NCBI GenBank assembly: GCA_964057225.1
Contig: OZ059897.1
Span: 496,001-560,000, forward strand
DNA length: 64,000 nucleotides
Direction: 5' to 3'
Source of the DNA: Auanema rhodensis
Lineage: Eukaryota; Animalia; Nematoda
Positions 1 through 14,200 of the stretch are shown here, one piece after another; within the stretch, counting starts at the first letter, position 1; each line of letters starts with the position of its first letter. The notes under the pieces were generated by a model. That model searched no databases. It was given only the letters and a program-made list of their open reading frames with translations, and had not been told where the DNA came from. The translations under genes and the position numbers were made by a program.

Positions 1-3000
1 ATCAAGAAGCATCTTCAGTAGGAAAACATGAAGAAATTTTAACAAATACAAAGAAGAATGAGAAAATTATCAAGAAATGTACAAAGTATACTAGAGTAAA
101 TAATTATTTACTACATGAACAAGATACGAAAGAAAGTAATATCAAGTCATGATAAAATCAAGTATTAAAAACAAAAAAAAAGTATCAAGAAGCATTTTCA
201 GTAAGAAAACATGAAGAAATTTTAACAATTACAAATAAGAATGAGAAAATTATCAAGAAATGTACAAAGTATACTAGAGTAAACTATTATTTATTCCATG
301 AACATGATACGAAAGAAAGTTATAACAAGTCATGGTAAAATCAAGTATTAAAAACAAAAAAAAAGTATCAAGAAGCATTTTCAGTAAGAAAACATGAAGA
401 AATTTTAACAAATACAAATAAGAATGAGAAAATTATCAAGAATTGTACAAAGTATACTAGAGTAAATAATTATTTACTACATGAACAGGATACGAAAGAA
501 AGTAATATCAAGTCATGATAAAATCAAGTATTAAAAACAAAAAAAAAGTATCAAGAAGCATTTTCAGTAAGAAAACATGAAGAAATTTTAACAAATACAA
601 ATAAGAATGAGAAAATTATCAAGAAATGTACAAAGTATACTAGAGTAAACTATTATTTATTCCATGAACATGATACGAAAGAAAGTTATAACAAGTCAAG
701 GTAAAATCAAGTATTAAAAACAAAAGAAAAGTATCAAGAAGCATTTTCAGTAAGAAAACATGAAGAAATTTTAACAAATACAAGGAAGAATGAAAAAATT
801 ATCAAGAGATGCATAACGTATTATAGAGTATCAGTAAACATTTAAAATATTAACAGGTTTCAAAAAAAGTAATATCATTTCATGGGGAAGTATTAAAAGC
901 AGAGAAGAAGTATCAAGAAGGATTTTCAGTAAGAAAACATGAAGAAATTTTAACAAATACAAAGAAGAATGAAAAAATTATCAAGAGATGCATAACGTAT
1001 TATAGAGTATCAGTAAACATTTAAAATATGAACAGGTTTCAAAAAAAGTAATATCATTTCATGGGGAAGTATTAAAAGCAAAGAAGAAGTATCAAGAAGG
1101 ATTTTCAATAAGAAAACATGAAGAAATTTCAACAAATACAAATAAGAATGAGAAAATTATCAAGAGATGTACAAAGTATACTAGAGTAAACTATTATTTA
1201 TTCCATGAACATGATACGAAAGAAAGTTATAACAAGTCATGGTAAAATCAAGTATTAAAAACAAAAAAAAAGTATCAAGAAGCATTTTCAGTAAGAAAAC
1301 ATGAAGAAATTTTAACAAATACAAATAAGAATGAGAAAATTATCAAGAAATGTACAAAGTATACTAGAGTAAACTATTATTTATTCCATGAACATGATAC
1401 GAAAGAAAGTTATAACAAGTCAAGGTAAAATCAAGTATTAAAAACAAAAGAAAAGTATCAAGAAGCATTTTCAGTAAGACAACATGAAGAAATTTCAACA
1501 AATACAAAAAAGAATGAGAAAATTATCGAAAGATGCATAACATATTATAGAGTATCAGTAAACATTTGGAATATGAACAGGTTTCAAAAAAAGTAATATC
1601 AATTCATGGGGAAGTATTAAAAGCAGAGAAGAAGTATCAAGAAGGATTTTCAGTAGGAAAACATGAAGAAATTTTAACAAATGCAAAGAAGAATGAGAAA
1701 ATTATCAAGAAATGTATAACGTATTATAGAGTATCAGTAAACATTTAAAATATGAACAGGTTTCAAAAAAAGTAATATCAATTCATGGTTAAATCGAGTT
1801 TTAAAAGCAAAGAAGAAGTATCAAGAAGCATTTTCAGTAAGAAAACATGAAGAAATTTTAACAAATACAAATAAGAATGAGAAAATTATCAAGAAATGTA
1901 CAAAGTATACTAGAGTAAATAATTATTTACTACATGAACAAGATACGAAAGAAAGTAATATCAAGTCATGATAAAATCAAGTATTAAAAACAAAGAAGAA
2001 GTATCAAGAAGGATTTTCAGTAAGAAAACATGAAGAAATTTTAACAAATACAAAAAAGAATGAGAAAATTATAGAAAGATGCATAACATATTCTAGAGTA
2101 TCAGTAAACATTTGGAATATGAACAGGTTTCAAAAAAAGTAATATCAATTCATGGGGAAGTATTAAAAGCAGAGAAGAAGTATCAAGAAGGATTTTCAGT
2201 AGGAAAACATGAAGAAATTTTAACAAATGCAAAGAAGAATGAGAAAATTATCAAGAAATGTATAACGTATTATAGAGTATCAGTAAACATTTAAAATATG
2301 AACAGGTTTCAAAAAAAGTAATATCAATTCATGGTTAAATCGAGTTTTAAAAGCAAAGAAGAAGTATCAAGAAGCATTTTCAGTAAGAAAACATGAAGAA
2401 ATTTTAACAAATACAAATAAGAATGAGAAAATTATCAAGAAATGTACAAAGTATACTAGAGTAAATAATTATTTACTACATGAACAAGATACGAAAGAAA
2501 GTAATATCAAGTCATGATAAAATCAAGTATTAAAAACAAAGAAGAAGTATCAAGAAGGATTTTCAGTAAGAAAACATGAAGAAATTTTAACAAATACAAA
2601 AAAGAATGAGAAAATTATAGAAAGATGCATAACATATTCTAGAGTATCAGTAAACATTTGGAATATGAACAGGTTTCAAAAAAAGTAATATCAATTCATG
2701 GTAAAATCAAGTTTTAAAAACAAAAAAAAGTATCAAGAAGCATTTTCAGTAAGATAACATGAAGAAATTTCAACAAATACAAATAAGAATGAGAAAATTA
2801 TCAAGAGATGTATAACATATTATAGAGTATCAGTAAACATTTTAAATATGAACAGGTTTCAAAAAAAGTAATATCATTTCATGGGGAAGTATTAAAAGCA
2901 AAGAAGAAGTATCAAGAAGGATTTTCAATAAGAAAACATGAAGAAATTTCAACAAATACAAATAGGAATGAGAAAATTATCAAGAGATGTACAAAGTATA

Positions 3001-5282
3001 CTAGAGTAAACTATTATATATTCCATGAACATGATACGAAAAAAAGTTATAACAAGTCATGGTAAAATCAAGTATTAAAAACAAAAAAAAAGTATCAAGA
3101 AGCATTTTCAGTAAGAAAACATGAAGAAATTTTAACAAATACAAATAAGAATGAGAAAATTATCAAGAAATGTACAAAGTATACTAGAGTAAATAATTAT
3201 TTACTACATGAACAGGATACGAAAGAAAGTAATATCAAGTCATGATAAAATCAAGTATTAAAAGCAAAGAAGAAGTATCAAGAAGGATTTTCAATAAGAA
3301 AACATGAAGAAATTTCAACAAATACAAATAAGAATGAGAAAATTATCAAGAGATATATAACGTATTATAGAGTATCAGTAAACATTTAAAATATGAACAG
3401 GTTTCAAAAAAAGTAATATCATTTCATGGGGAAGTATTAAAAACAAAGAAGAAGTATCAAGAAGGATTTTCAGTAAGAAAACATGAAGAAATTTTAACAA
3501 ATACAAATAAGAATGAGAAAATTATCAAGAGATGTACAAAGTATACTAGAGTAAACTATTATTTATTCCATGAACATGATACGAAAGAAAGTTATAACAA
3601 GTCATGGTAAAATCAAGTATTAAAAACAAAAAAAAAGTATCAAGAAGCATTTTCAGTAAGAAAACATGAAGAAATTTTAACAAATACAAATAAGAATGAG
3701 AAAATTATAAAAAATGTACAAAGTATACTAGAGTAAATAATTATTTACTACATGAACAGGATACGAAAGAAAGTAATATCAAGTCATGATAAAATCAAGT
3801 ATTAAAAGCAAAGAAGAAGTATCAAGAAGGATTTTCAATAAGAAAACATGAAGAAATTTCAACAAATACAAATAAGAATGAGAAAATTATCAAGAGATAT
3901 ATAACGTACTATAGAGTATCAGTAAACATTTTAAATATGAACAGGTTTCAAAAAAAGTTATAACAAGTCATGGTAAAATCAAGTTTTAAAAGCAAAGAAG
4001 AAGTATCAAGAAGGATTTTCAGTAAGAAAACATGAAGAAATTGTAACAAATACAAAAAAGAATGAGAAAATTATCGAAAAATGCATAACATATTATAGAG
4101 TATCAGTAAACATTTGAAATATGAACAGGTTTCAAAAAAGTAATATCAATTCATGGGGAAGTATTAAAAGCAGAGAAGAAGTATCAAGAAGGATTTTCAG
4201 TAAGAAAACATGAAGAAATTTTAACAAATACAAAGAAGAATGAAAAAATTATCAAGAGATGCATAACGTATTATAGAGTATCAGTAAACATTTAAAATAT
4301 GAACAGGTTTCAAAAAAAGTAATATCATTTCATGGGGAAGTATTAAAAACAAAGAAGAAGTATCAAGAAGGATTTTCAGTAAGAAAACATGAAGAAATTT
4401 TAACAAATACAAATAAGAATGAGAAAATTATCAAGAGATGTACAAAGTATACTAGAGTAAACTATTGTTTATTCCATGAACATGATACGAAAGAAAGTTA
4501 TAACAAGTCATGGTAAAATCAAGTATTAAAAACAAAAAAAAAGTATCAAGAAGCATTTTCAGTAAGAAAACATGAAGAAATTTTAACAAATACAAATAAG
4601 AATGAGAAAATTATCAAGAAATGTACAAAGTATACTAGAGTAAATAATTATTTACTACATGAACAGGATACGAAAGAAAGTAATATCAAGTCATGATAAA
4701 ATCAAGTATTAAAAACAAAAAAAAAGTATCAAGAAGCATTTTCAGTAAGAAAACATGAAGAAATTTTAACAAATACAAATAAGAATGAGAAAATTATCAA
4801 GAAATGTACAAAGTATACTAGAGTAAATAATTATTTACTACATGAACAGGATACGAAAGAAAGTAATATCAAGTCAAGGTAAAATCAAGTATTAAAAACA
4901 AAAAAAAGTATCAAGAAGCATTTTCAGTAAGATAACATGAAGAAATTTCAACAAATACAAATAAGAATGAGAAAATTATCAAGAGATGTATAACATATTA
5001 TAGAGTATCAGTAAACATTTAAAATATGAACAGGTTTCAAAAAAAGTAATATCATTTCATGGGGAAGTATTAAAAGCAAAGAAGAAGTAAAAAGAAGGAT
5101 TTTCAATAAGAAAACATGAAGAAATTTCAACAAATACAAATAAGAATGAGAAAATTATCAAGAGATATATAACGTACTATAGAGTATCAGTAAACATTTT
5201 AAATATGAACAGGTTTCAAAAAAAGTTATAACAAGTCATGGTAAAATCAAGTTTTAAAAGCAAAGAAGAAGTATCAAGAAGG
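1..5282 (+). repeat. Satellite A array, forward-orientation block (mixed 183-bp and 178/179-bp monomers), truncated by window start
   Basis: ATCAAGAAG recurs at 1, 184, 367, 550 (183-bp period); GCATAACGTA recurs at 811 and 990 (179 bp). The purine-rich strand is +. The block ends at ...GTATCAAGAAGG (5282), where the sequence flips to the pyrimidine-rich complement. Confidence 0.97.
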
Positions 5283-8200
5283 TTCTTTCATTCTTATTTG
5301 TATTTGTTGAAATTTCTTCATGTTTTCTTATTGAAAATCCTTCTTGATACTTCTTCTTTGCTTTTAATACTTCCCCATGAAATGATATTACTTTTTTTGA
5401 AATCTGTTCATATTTTAAATGTTTACTGATACTCTATAATACGTTATGCATCTCTTGATAATTTTTTCATTCTTCTTTGTATTTGTTAAAATTTCTTCAT
5501 GTTTTCTTATTGAAAATCCTTCTTGATACTTCTTCTTTGCTTTTAATACTTCCCCATGAAATGATATTACTTTTTTCGAAATCTGTTCATATTTTAAATG
5601 TTTACTGATACTCTATAATACGTTATGCATCTCTTGATAATTTTTTCATTCTTCTTTGTATTTGTTAAAATTTCTTCATTTTTCTCATTGAAAATCCTTC
5701 TTGATACTTCTTCTTTGCTTTTAATACTTCCCCATGAAATAATATTACTTTTTTTGAAACTTGTTCATATTTTAAATGTTTACTGATACTCTATAATATG
5801 TTATGCATCTTTCGATAATTTTCTCATTCTTTTTTGTATTTGTTAAAATTTCTTCATGTTTTCTTACTGAAAATGCTTCTTGATACTTTTTTTTGTTTTT
5901 AATACTTCCCCATGAAATGATATTACTTTTTTTGAAATCTGTTCATATTTTAAATGTTTACTGATACTCTATAATACGTTATGCATCTCTTGATAATTTT
6001 TTCATTCTTCTTTGTATTTGTTAAAATTTCTTCATTTTTCTCATTGAAAATCCTTCTTGATACTTCTTCTTTGCTTTTAATACTTCCCCATGAAATAATA
6101 TTACTTTTTTTGAAACCTGTTCATATTTTAAATGTTTACTGATATTCTATAATACGTTATGCATCTCTTGATAATTTTTTCATTCTTCTTTGTATTTGTT
6201 AAAATTTCTTCATGTTTTCTTATTGAAAATCCTTCTTGATACTTCTTCTTTGCTTTTAATACTTCCCCATGAATTGATATTACTTTTTTGAAACCTGTTC
6301 ATACTTCAAATGTTTACTGATACTCTATAATATGTTATGCATTTTTCGATAATTTTCTCATTCTTTTTTGTATTTGTTAAAATTTCTTCATGTTTTCTTA
6401 CTGAAAATCCTTCTTGATACTTCTTCTTTGCTTTTAAAACTTGATTTTACCATGACTTGTTATAACTTTTTTTGAAACCTGTTCATATTTAAAATGTTTA
6501 CTGATACTCTATAGTACGTTATATATCTCTTGATAATTTTCTCATTCTTCTTTGTATTTGTTAAAATTTCTTCATGTTTTCTTTCTGAAAATCCTTCTTG
6601 ATACTTCTTCTCTGCTTTTAATACTTCCCCATGAATTGATATTACTTTTTTTGAAACCTGTTCATATTCCAAATGTTTACTGATACTCTATAATATGTTA
6701 TGCATCTTTCGATAATTTTCTCATTCTTTTTTGTATTTGTTAAAATTTCTTCATGTTTTCTTACTGAAAATGCTTCTTGATACTTTTTTTTGTTTTTAAT
6801 ACTTCCCCATGAAATGATATTACTTTTTTTGAAATCTGTTCATATTTTAAATGTTTACTGATACTCTATAATACGTTATGCATCTCTTGATAATTTTTTC
6901 ATTCTTCTTTGTATTTGTTAAAATTTCTTCATTTTTCTCATTGAAAATCCTTCTTGATACTTCTTCTTTGCTTTTAATACTTCCCCATGAAATAATATTA
7001 CTTTTTTTGAAACCTGTTCATATTTTAAATGTTTACTGATATTCTATAATACGTTATGCATCTCTTGATAATTTTTTCATTCTTCTTTGTATTTGTTAAA
7101 ATTTCTTCATGTTTTCTTATTGAAAATCCTTCTTGATACTTCTTCTTTGCTTTTAATACTTCCCCATGAATTGATATTACTTTTTTGAAACCTGTTCATA
7201 CTTCAAATGTATACTGATACTCTATAATATGTTATGCATTTTTCGATAATTTTCTCATTCTTTTTTGTATTTGTTAAAATTTCTTCATGTTTTCTTACTG
7301 AAAATCCTTCTTGATACTTCTTCTTTGCTTTTAAAACTTGATTTTACCATGACTTGTTATAACTTTTTTTGAAACCTGTTCATATTTAAAATGTTTACTG
7401 ATACTCTATAGTACGTTATATATCTCTTGATAATTTTCTCATTCTTATTTGTATTTGTTGAAATTTCTTCATGTTTTCTTATTGAAAATCCTTCTTGATA
7501 CTTCTTCTTTGCTTTTAATACTTCCCCATGAATTGATATTACTTTTTTGAAACCTGTTCATACTTCAAATGTTTACTGATACTCTATAATATGTTATGCA
7601 TTTTTCGATAATTTTCTCATTCTTTTTTGTATTTGTTAAAATTTCTTCATGTTTTCTTACTGAAAATGCTTCTTGATACTTTTTTTTGTTTTTAATACTT
7701 CCCCATGAAATGATATTACTTTTTTTGAAACCTGTTCATATTTTAAATGTTTACTGATACTCTATAATACGTTATGCATCTCTTGATAATTTTTTCATTC
7801 TTCTTTGTATTTGTTAAAATTTCTTCATGTTTTCTTATTGAAAATCCTTCTTGATACTTCTTCTTTGCTTTTAATACTTCCCCATGAAATGATATTACTT
7901 TTTTCGAAATCTGTTCATATTTTAAATGTTTACTGATACTCTATAATACGTTACGCATCTCTTGATAATTTTTTCATTCTTCTTTGTATTTGTTAAAATT
8001 TCTTCATGTTTTCTTACTGAAAATCCTTCTTGATACTTCTTCTCTGCTTTTAATACTTCCCCATGAATTGATATTACTTTTTTTGAAACCTGTTCATATT
8101 CCAAATGTTTACTGATACTCTATAATATGTTATGCATCTTTCGATAATTTTCTCATTCTTTTTTGTATTTGTTAAAATTTCTTCATGTTTTCTTACTGAA

Positions 8201-11200
8201 AATGCTTCTTGATACTTTTTTTTGTTTTTAATACTTCCCCATGAAATGATATTACTTTTTTTGAAATCTGTTCATATTTTAAATGTTTACTGATACTCTA
8301 TAATACGTTATGCATCTCTTGATAATTTTTTCATTCTTCTTTGTATTTGTTAAAATTTCTTCATGTTTTCTTACTGAAAATCCTTCTTGATACTTCTTCT
8401 CTGCTTTTAATACTTCCCCATGAATTGATATTACTTTTTTTGAAACCTGTTCATATTCCAAATGTTTACTGATACTCTATAATATGTTATGCATCTTTCG
8501 ATAATTTTCTCATTCTTTTTTGTATTTGTTGAAATTTCTTCATGTTGTCTTACTGAAAATGCTTCTTGATACTTTTTTTTGTTTTTAATACTTCCCCATG
8601 AAATGATATTACTTTTTTTGAAATCTGTTCATATTTAAAATGTTTACTGATGCTCTATAGTACGTTATATATCTCTTGATAATTTTCTCATTCTTATTTG
8701 TATTTGTTGAAATTTCTTCATGTTTTCTTATTGAAAATCCTTCTTGATACTTCTTCTTTGCTTTTAATACTTCCCCATGAAATGATATTACTTTTTTTGA
8801 AACCTGTTCATATTTTAAATGTTTACTGATACTCTATAATACGTTATGCATCTCTTGATAATTTTTTCATTCTTCTTTGTATTTGTTAAAATTTCTTCAT
8901 GTTTTCTTATTGAAAATCCTTCTTGATACTTCTTCTTTGCTTTTAATACTTCCCCATGAAATGATATTACTTTTTTTGAAACCTGTTCATATTTTAAATG
9001 TTTACTGATACTCTATAATACGTTATGCATCTCTTGATAATTTTTTCATTCTTCTTTGTATTTGTTAAAATTTCTTCATGTTTTCTTATTGAAAATCCTT
9101 CTTGATACTTCTTCTTTGCTTTTAATACTTCCCCATGAAATGATATTACTTTTTTCGAAATCTGTTCATATTTTAAATGTTTACTGATACTCTATAATAC
9201 GTTACGCATCTCTTGATAATTTTTTCATTCTTCTTTGTATTTGTTAAAATTTCTTCATGTTTTCTTACTGAAAATCCTTCTTGATACTTCTTCTCTGCTT
9301 TTAATACTTCCCCATGAATTGATATTACTTTTTTTGAAACCTGTTCATATTCCAAATGTTTACTGATACTCTATAATATGTTATGCATCTTTCGATAATT
9401 TTCTCATTCTTTTTTGTATTTGTTAAAATTTCTTCATGTTTTCTTATTGAAAATCCTTCTTGATACTTCTTCTTTGCTTTTAATACTTCCCCATGAATTG
9501 ATATTACTTTTTTGAAACCTGTTCATACTTCAAATGTTTACTGATACTCTATAATATGTTATGCATTTTTCGATAATTTTCTCATTCTTTTTTGTATTTG
9601 TTAAAATTTCTTCATGTTTTCTTACTGAAAATCCTTCTTGATACTTCTTCTTTGCTTTTAAAACTTGATTTTACCATGACTTGTTATAACTTTTTTTGAA
9701 ACCTGTTCATATTTAAAATGTTTACTGATACTCTATAGTACGTTATATATCTCTTGATAATTTTCTCATTCTTATTTGTATTTGTTGAAATTTCTTCATG
9801 TTTTCTTATTGAAAATCCTTCTTGATACTTCTTCTTTGCTTTTAATACTTCCCCATGAATTGATATTACTTTTTTGAAACCTGTTCATATTTAAAATGTT
9901 TACTGATGCTCTATAGTACGTTATATATCTCTTGATAATTTTTTCATTCTTCTTTGTATTTGTTAAAATTTCTTCATGTTTTCTTACTGAAAATCCTTCT
10001 TGATACTTCTTCTCTGCTTTTAATACTTCCCCATGAATTGATATTACTTTTTTTGAAACCTGTTCATATTCCAAATGTTTACTGATACTCTATAGTACGT
10101 TATATATCTCTTGATAATTTTCTCATTCTTATTTGTATTTGTTAAAATTTCTTCATGTTTTCTTACTGAAAATCCTTCTTGAAACTTCTTCTCTGCTTTT
10201 AATACTTCCCCATGAATTGATATTACTTTTTTTGAAACCTGTTCATATTCCAAATGTTTACTGATACTCTATAATATGTTATGCATCTTTCGATAATTTT
10301 CTCATTCTTTTTTGTATTTGTTGAAATTTCTTCATGTTGTCTTACTGAAAATGCTTCTTGATACTTTTTTTTGTTTTTAATACTTCCCCATGAAATGATA
10401 TTACTTTTTTTGAAATCTGTTCATATTTAAAATGTTTACTGATGCTCTATAGTACGTTATATATCTCTTGATAATTTTCTCATTCTTATTTGTATTTGTT
10501 GAAATTTCTTCATGTTTTCTTATTGAAAATCCTTCTTGATACTTCTTCTTTGCTTTTAATACTTCCCCATGAAATGATATTACTTTTTTTGAAACCTGTT
10601 CATATTTTAAATGTTTACTGATACTCTATAATACGTTATGCATCTCTTGATAATTTTTTCATTCTTCTTTGTATTTGTTAAAATTTCTTCATGTTTTCTT
10701 ATTGAAAATCCTTCTTGATACTTCTTCTTTGCTTTTAATACTTCCCCATGAAATGATATTACTTTTTTTGAAACCTGTTCATATTTTAAATGTTTACTGA
10801 TACTCTATAATACGTTATGCATCTCTTGATAATTTTTTCATTCTTCTTTGTATTTGTTAAAATTTCTTCATGTTTTCTTATTGAAAATCCTTCTTGATAC
10901 TTCTTCTTTGCTTTTAATACTTCCCCATGAAATGATATTACTTTTTTCGAAATCTGTTCATATTTTAAATGTTTACTGATACTCTATAATACGTTACGCA
11001 TCTCTTGATAATTTTTTCATTCTTCTTTGTATTTGTTAAAATTTCTTCATGTTTTCTTACTGAAAATCCTTCTTGATACTTCTTCTCTGCTTTTAATACT
11101 TCCCCATGAATTGATATTACTTTTTTTGAAACCTGTTCATATTCCAAATGTTTACTGATACTCTATAATATGTTATGCATCTTTCGATAATTTTCTCATT

Positions 11201-14200
11201 CTTTTTTGTATTTGTTAAAATTTCTTCATGTTTTCTTACTGAAAATGCTTCTTGATACTTTTTTTTGTTTTTAATACTTCCCCATGAAATGATATTACTT
11301 TTTTTGAAATCTGTTCATATTTTAAATGTTTACTGATACTCTATAATACGTTATGCATCTCTTGATAATTTTTTCATTCTTCTTTGTATTTGTTAAAATT
11401 TCTTCATGTTTTCTTACTGAAAATCCTTCTTGATACTTCTTCTCTGCTTTTAATACTTCCCCATGAATTGATATTACTTTTTTTGAAACCTGTTCATATT
11501 CCAAATGTTTACTGATACTCTATAATATGTTATGCATCTTTCGATAATTTTCTCATTCTTTTTTGTATTTGTTGAAATTTCTTCATGTTGTCTTACTGAA
11601 AATGCTTCTTGATACTTTTTTTTGTTTTTAATACTTCCCCATGAAATGATATTACTTTTTTTGAAATCTGTTCATATTTAAAATGTTTACTGATGCTCTA
11701 TAGTACGTTATATATCTCTTGATAATTTTCTCATTCTTATTTGTATTTGTTGAAATTTCTTCATGTTTTCTTATTGAAAATCCTTCTTGATACTTCTTCT
11801 TTGCTTTTAATACTTCCCCATGAAATGATATTACTTTTTTTGAAACCTGTTCATATTTTAAATGTTTACTGATACTCTATAATACGTTATGCATCTCTTG
11901 ATAATTTTTTCATTCTTCTTTGTATTTGTTAAAATTTCTTCATGTTTTCTTATTGAAAATCCTTCTTGATACTTCTTCTTTGCTTTTAATACTTCCCCAT
12001 GAAATGATATTACTTTTTTTGAAACCTGTTCATATTTTAAATGTTTACTGATACTCTATAATACGTTATGCATCTCTTGATAATTTTTTCATTCTTCTTT
12101 GTATTTGTTAAAATTTCTTCATGTTTTCTTACTGAAAATCCTTCCTGATACTTCTTCTCTGCTTTTAATATTTCCCCATGAATTGATATTACTTTTTTTG
12201 AAACCTGTTCATATTCCAAATGTTTACTGATACTCTATAATATGTTATGCATCTTTCGATAATTTTCTCATTCTTTTTTGTATTTGTTGAAATTTCTTCA
12301 TGTTATCTTACTGAAAATGCTTCTTGATACTTTTTTTTGTTTTTAATACTTCCCCATGAAATGATATTACTTTTTTTGAAACCTGTTCATATTTTAAATG
12401 TTTACTGATACTCTATAATACGTTATGCATCTCTTGATAATTTTTTCATTCTTCTTTGTATTTGTTAAAATTTCTTCATGTTTTCTTATTGAAAATCCTT
12501 CTTGATACTTCTTCTTTGCTTTTAATACTTCCCCATGAATTGATATTACTTTTTTGAAACCTGTTCATACTTCAAATGTTTACTGATACTCTATAATATG
12601 TTATGCATTTTTCGATAATTTTCTCATTCTTTTTTGTATTTGTTAAAATTTCTTCATGTTTTCTTACTGAAAATCCTTCTTGATACTTCTTCTTTGCTTT
12701 TAAAACTTGATTTTACCATGACTTGTTATAACTTTTTTTGAAACCTGTTCATATTTAAAATGTTTACTGATACTCTATAGTACGTTATATATCTCTTGAT
12801 AATTTTCTCATTCTTATTTGTATTTGTTGAAATTTCTTCATGTTTTCTTATTGAAAATCCTTCTTGATACTTCTTCTTTGCTTTTAATACTTCCCCATGA
12901 ATTGATATTACTTTTTTGAAACCTGTTCATACTTCAAATGTTTACTGATACTCTATAATATGTTATGCATTTTTCGATAATTTTCTCATTCTTTTTTGTA
13001 TTTGTTAAAATTTCTTCATGTTTTCTTACTGAAAATGCTTCTTGATACTTTTTTTTGTTTTTAATACTTCCCCATGAAATGATATTACTTTTTTTGAAAT
13101 CTGTTCATATTTTAAATGTTTACTGATACTCTATAATACGTTATGCATCTCTTGATAATTTTTTCATTCTTCTTTGTATTTGTTAAAATTTCTTCATGTT
13201 TTCTCATTGAAAATCCTTCTTGATACTTCTTCTTTGCTTTTAATACTTCCCCATGAAATGATATTACTTTTTTTGAAACCTGTTCATATTTTAAATGTTT
13301 ACTGATACTCTATAATACGTTATGCATCTCTTGATAATTTTTTCATTCTTCTTTGTATTTGTTAAAATTTCTTCATGTTTTCTTATTGAAAATCCTTCTT
13401 GATACTTCTTCTTTGCTTTTAATACTTCCCCATGAAATGATATTACTTTTTTTGAAACCTGTTCATATTTTAAATGTTTACTGATACTCTATAATACGTT
13501 ATGCATCTCTTGATAATTTTTTCATTCTTCTTTGTATTTGTTAAAATTTCTTCATGTTTTCTTACTGAAAATCCTTCCTGATACTTCTTCTCTGCTTTTA
13601 ATATTTCCCCATGAATTGATATTACTTTTTTTGAAACCTGTTCATATTCCAAATGTTTACTGATACTCTATAATATGTTATGCATCTTTCGATAATTTTC
13701 TCATTCTTTTTTGTATTTGTTGAAATTTCTTCATGTTATCTTACTGAAAATGCTTCTTGATACTTTTTTTTGTTTTTAATACTTCCCCATGAAATGATAT
13801 TACTTTTTTTGAAACCTGTTCATATTTTAAATGTTTACTGATACTCTATAATACGTTATGCATCTCTTGATAATTTTTTCATTCTTCTTTGTATTTGTTA
13901 AAATTTCTTCATGTTTTCTTATTGAAAATCCTTCTTGATACTTCTTCTTTGCTTTTAATACTTCCCCATGAATTGATATTACTTTTTTGAAACCTGTTCA
14001 TACTTCAAATGTTTACTGATACTCTATAATATGTTATGCATTTTTCGATAATTTTCTCATTCTTTTTTGTATTTGTTAAAATTTCTTCATGTTTTCTTAC
14101 TGAAAATGCTTCTTGATACTTTTTTTTGTTTTTAATACTTCCCCATGAAATGATATTACTTTTTTTGAAATCTGTTCATATTTTAAATGTTTACTGATAC

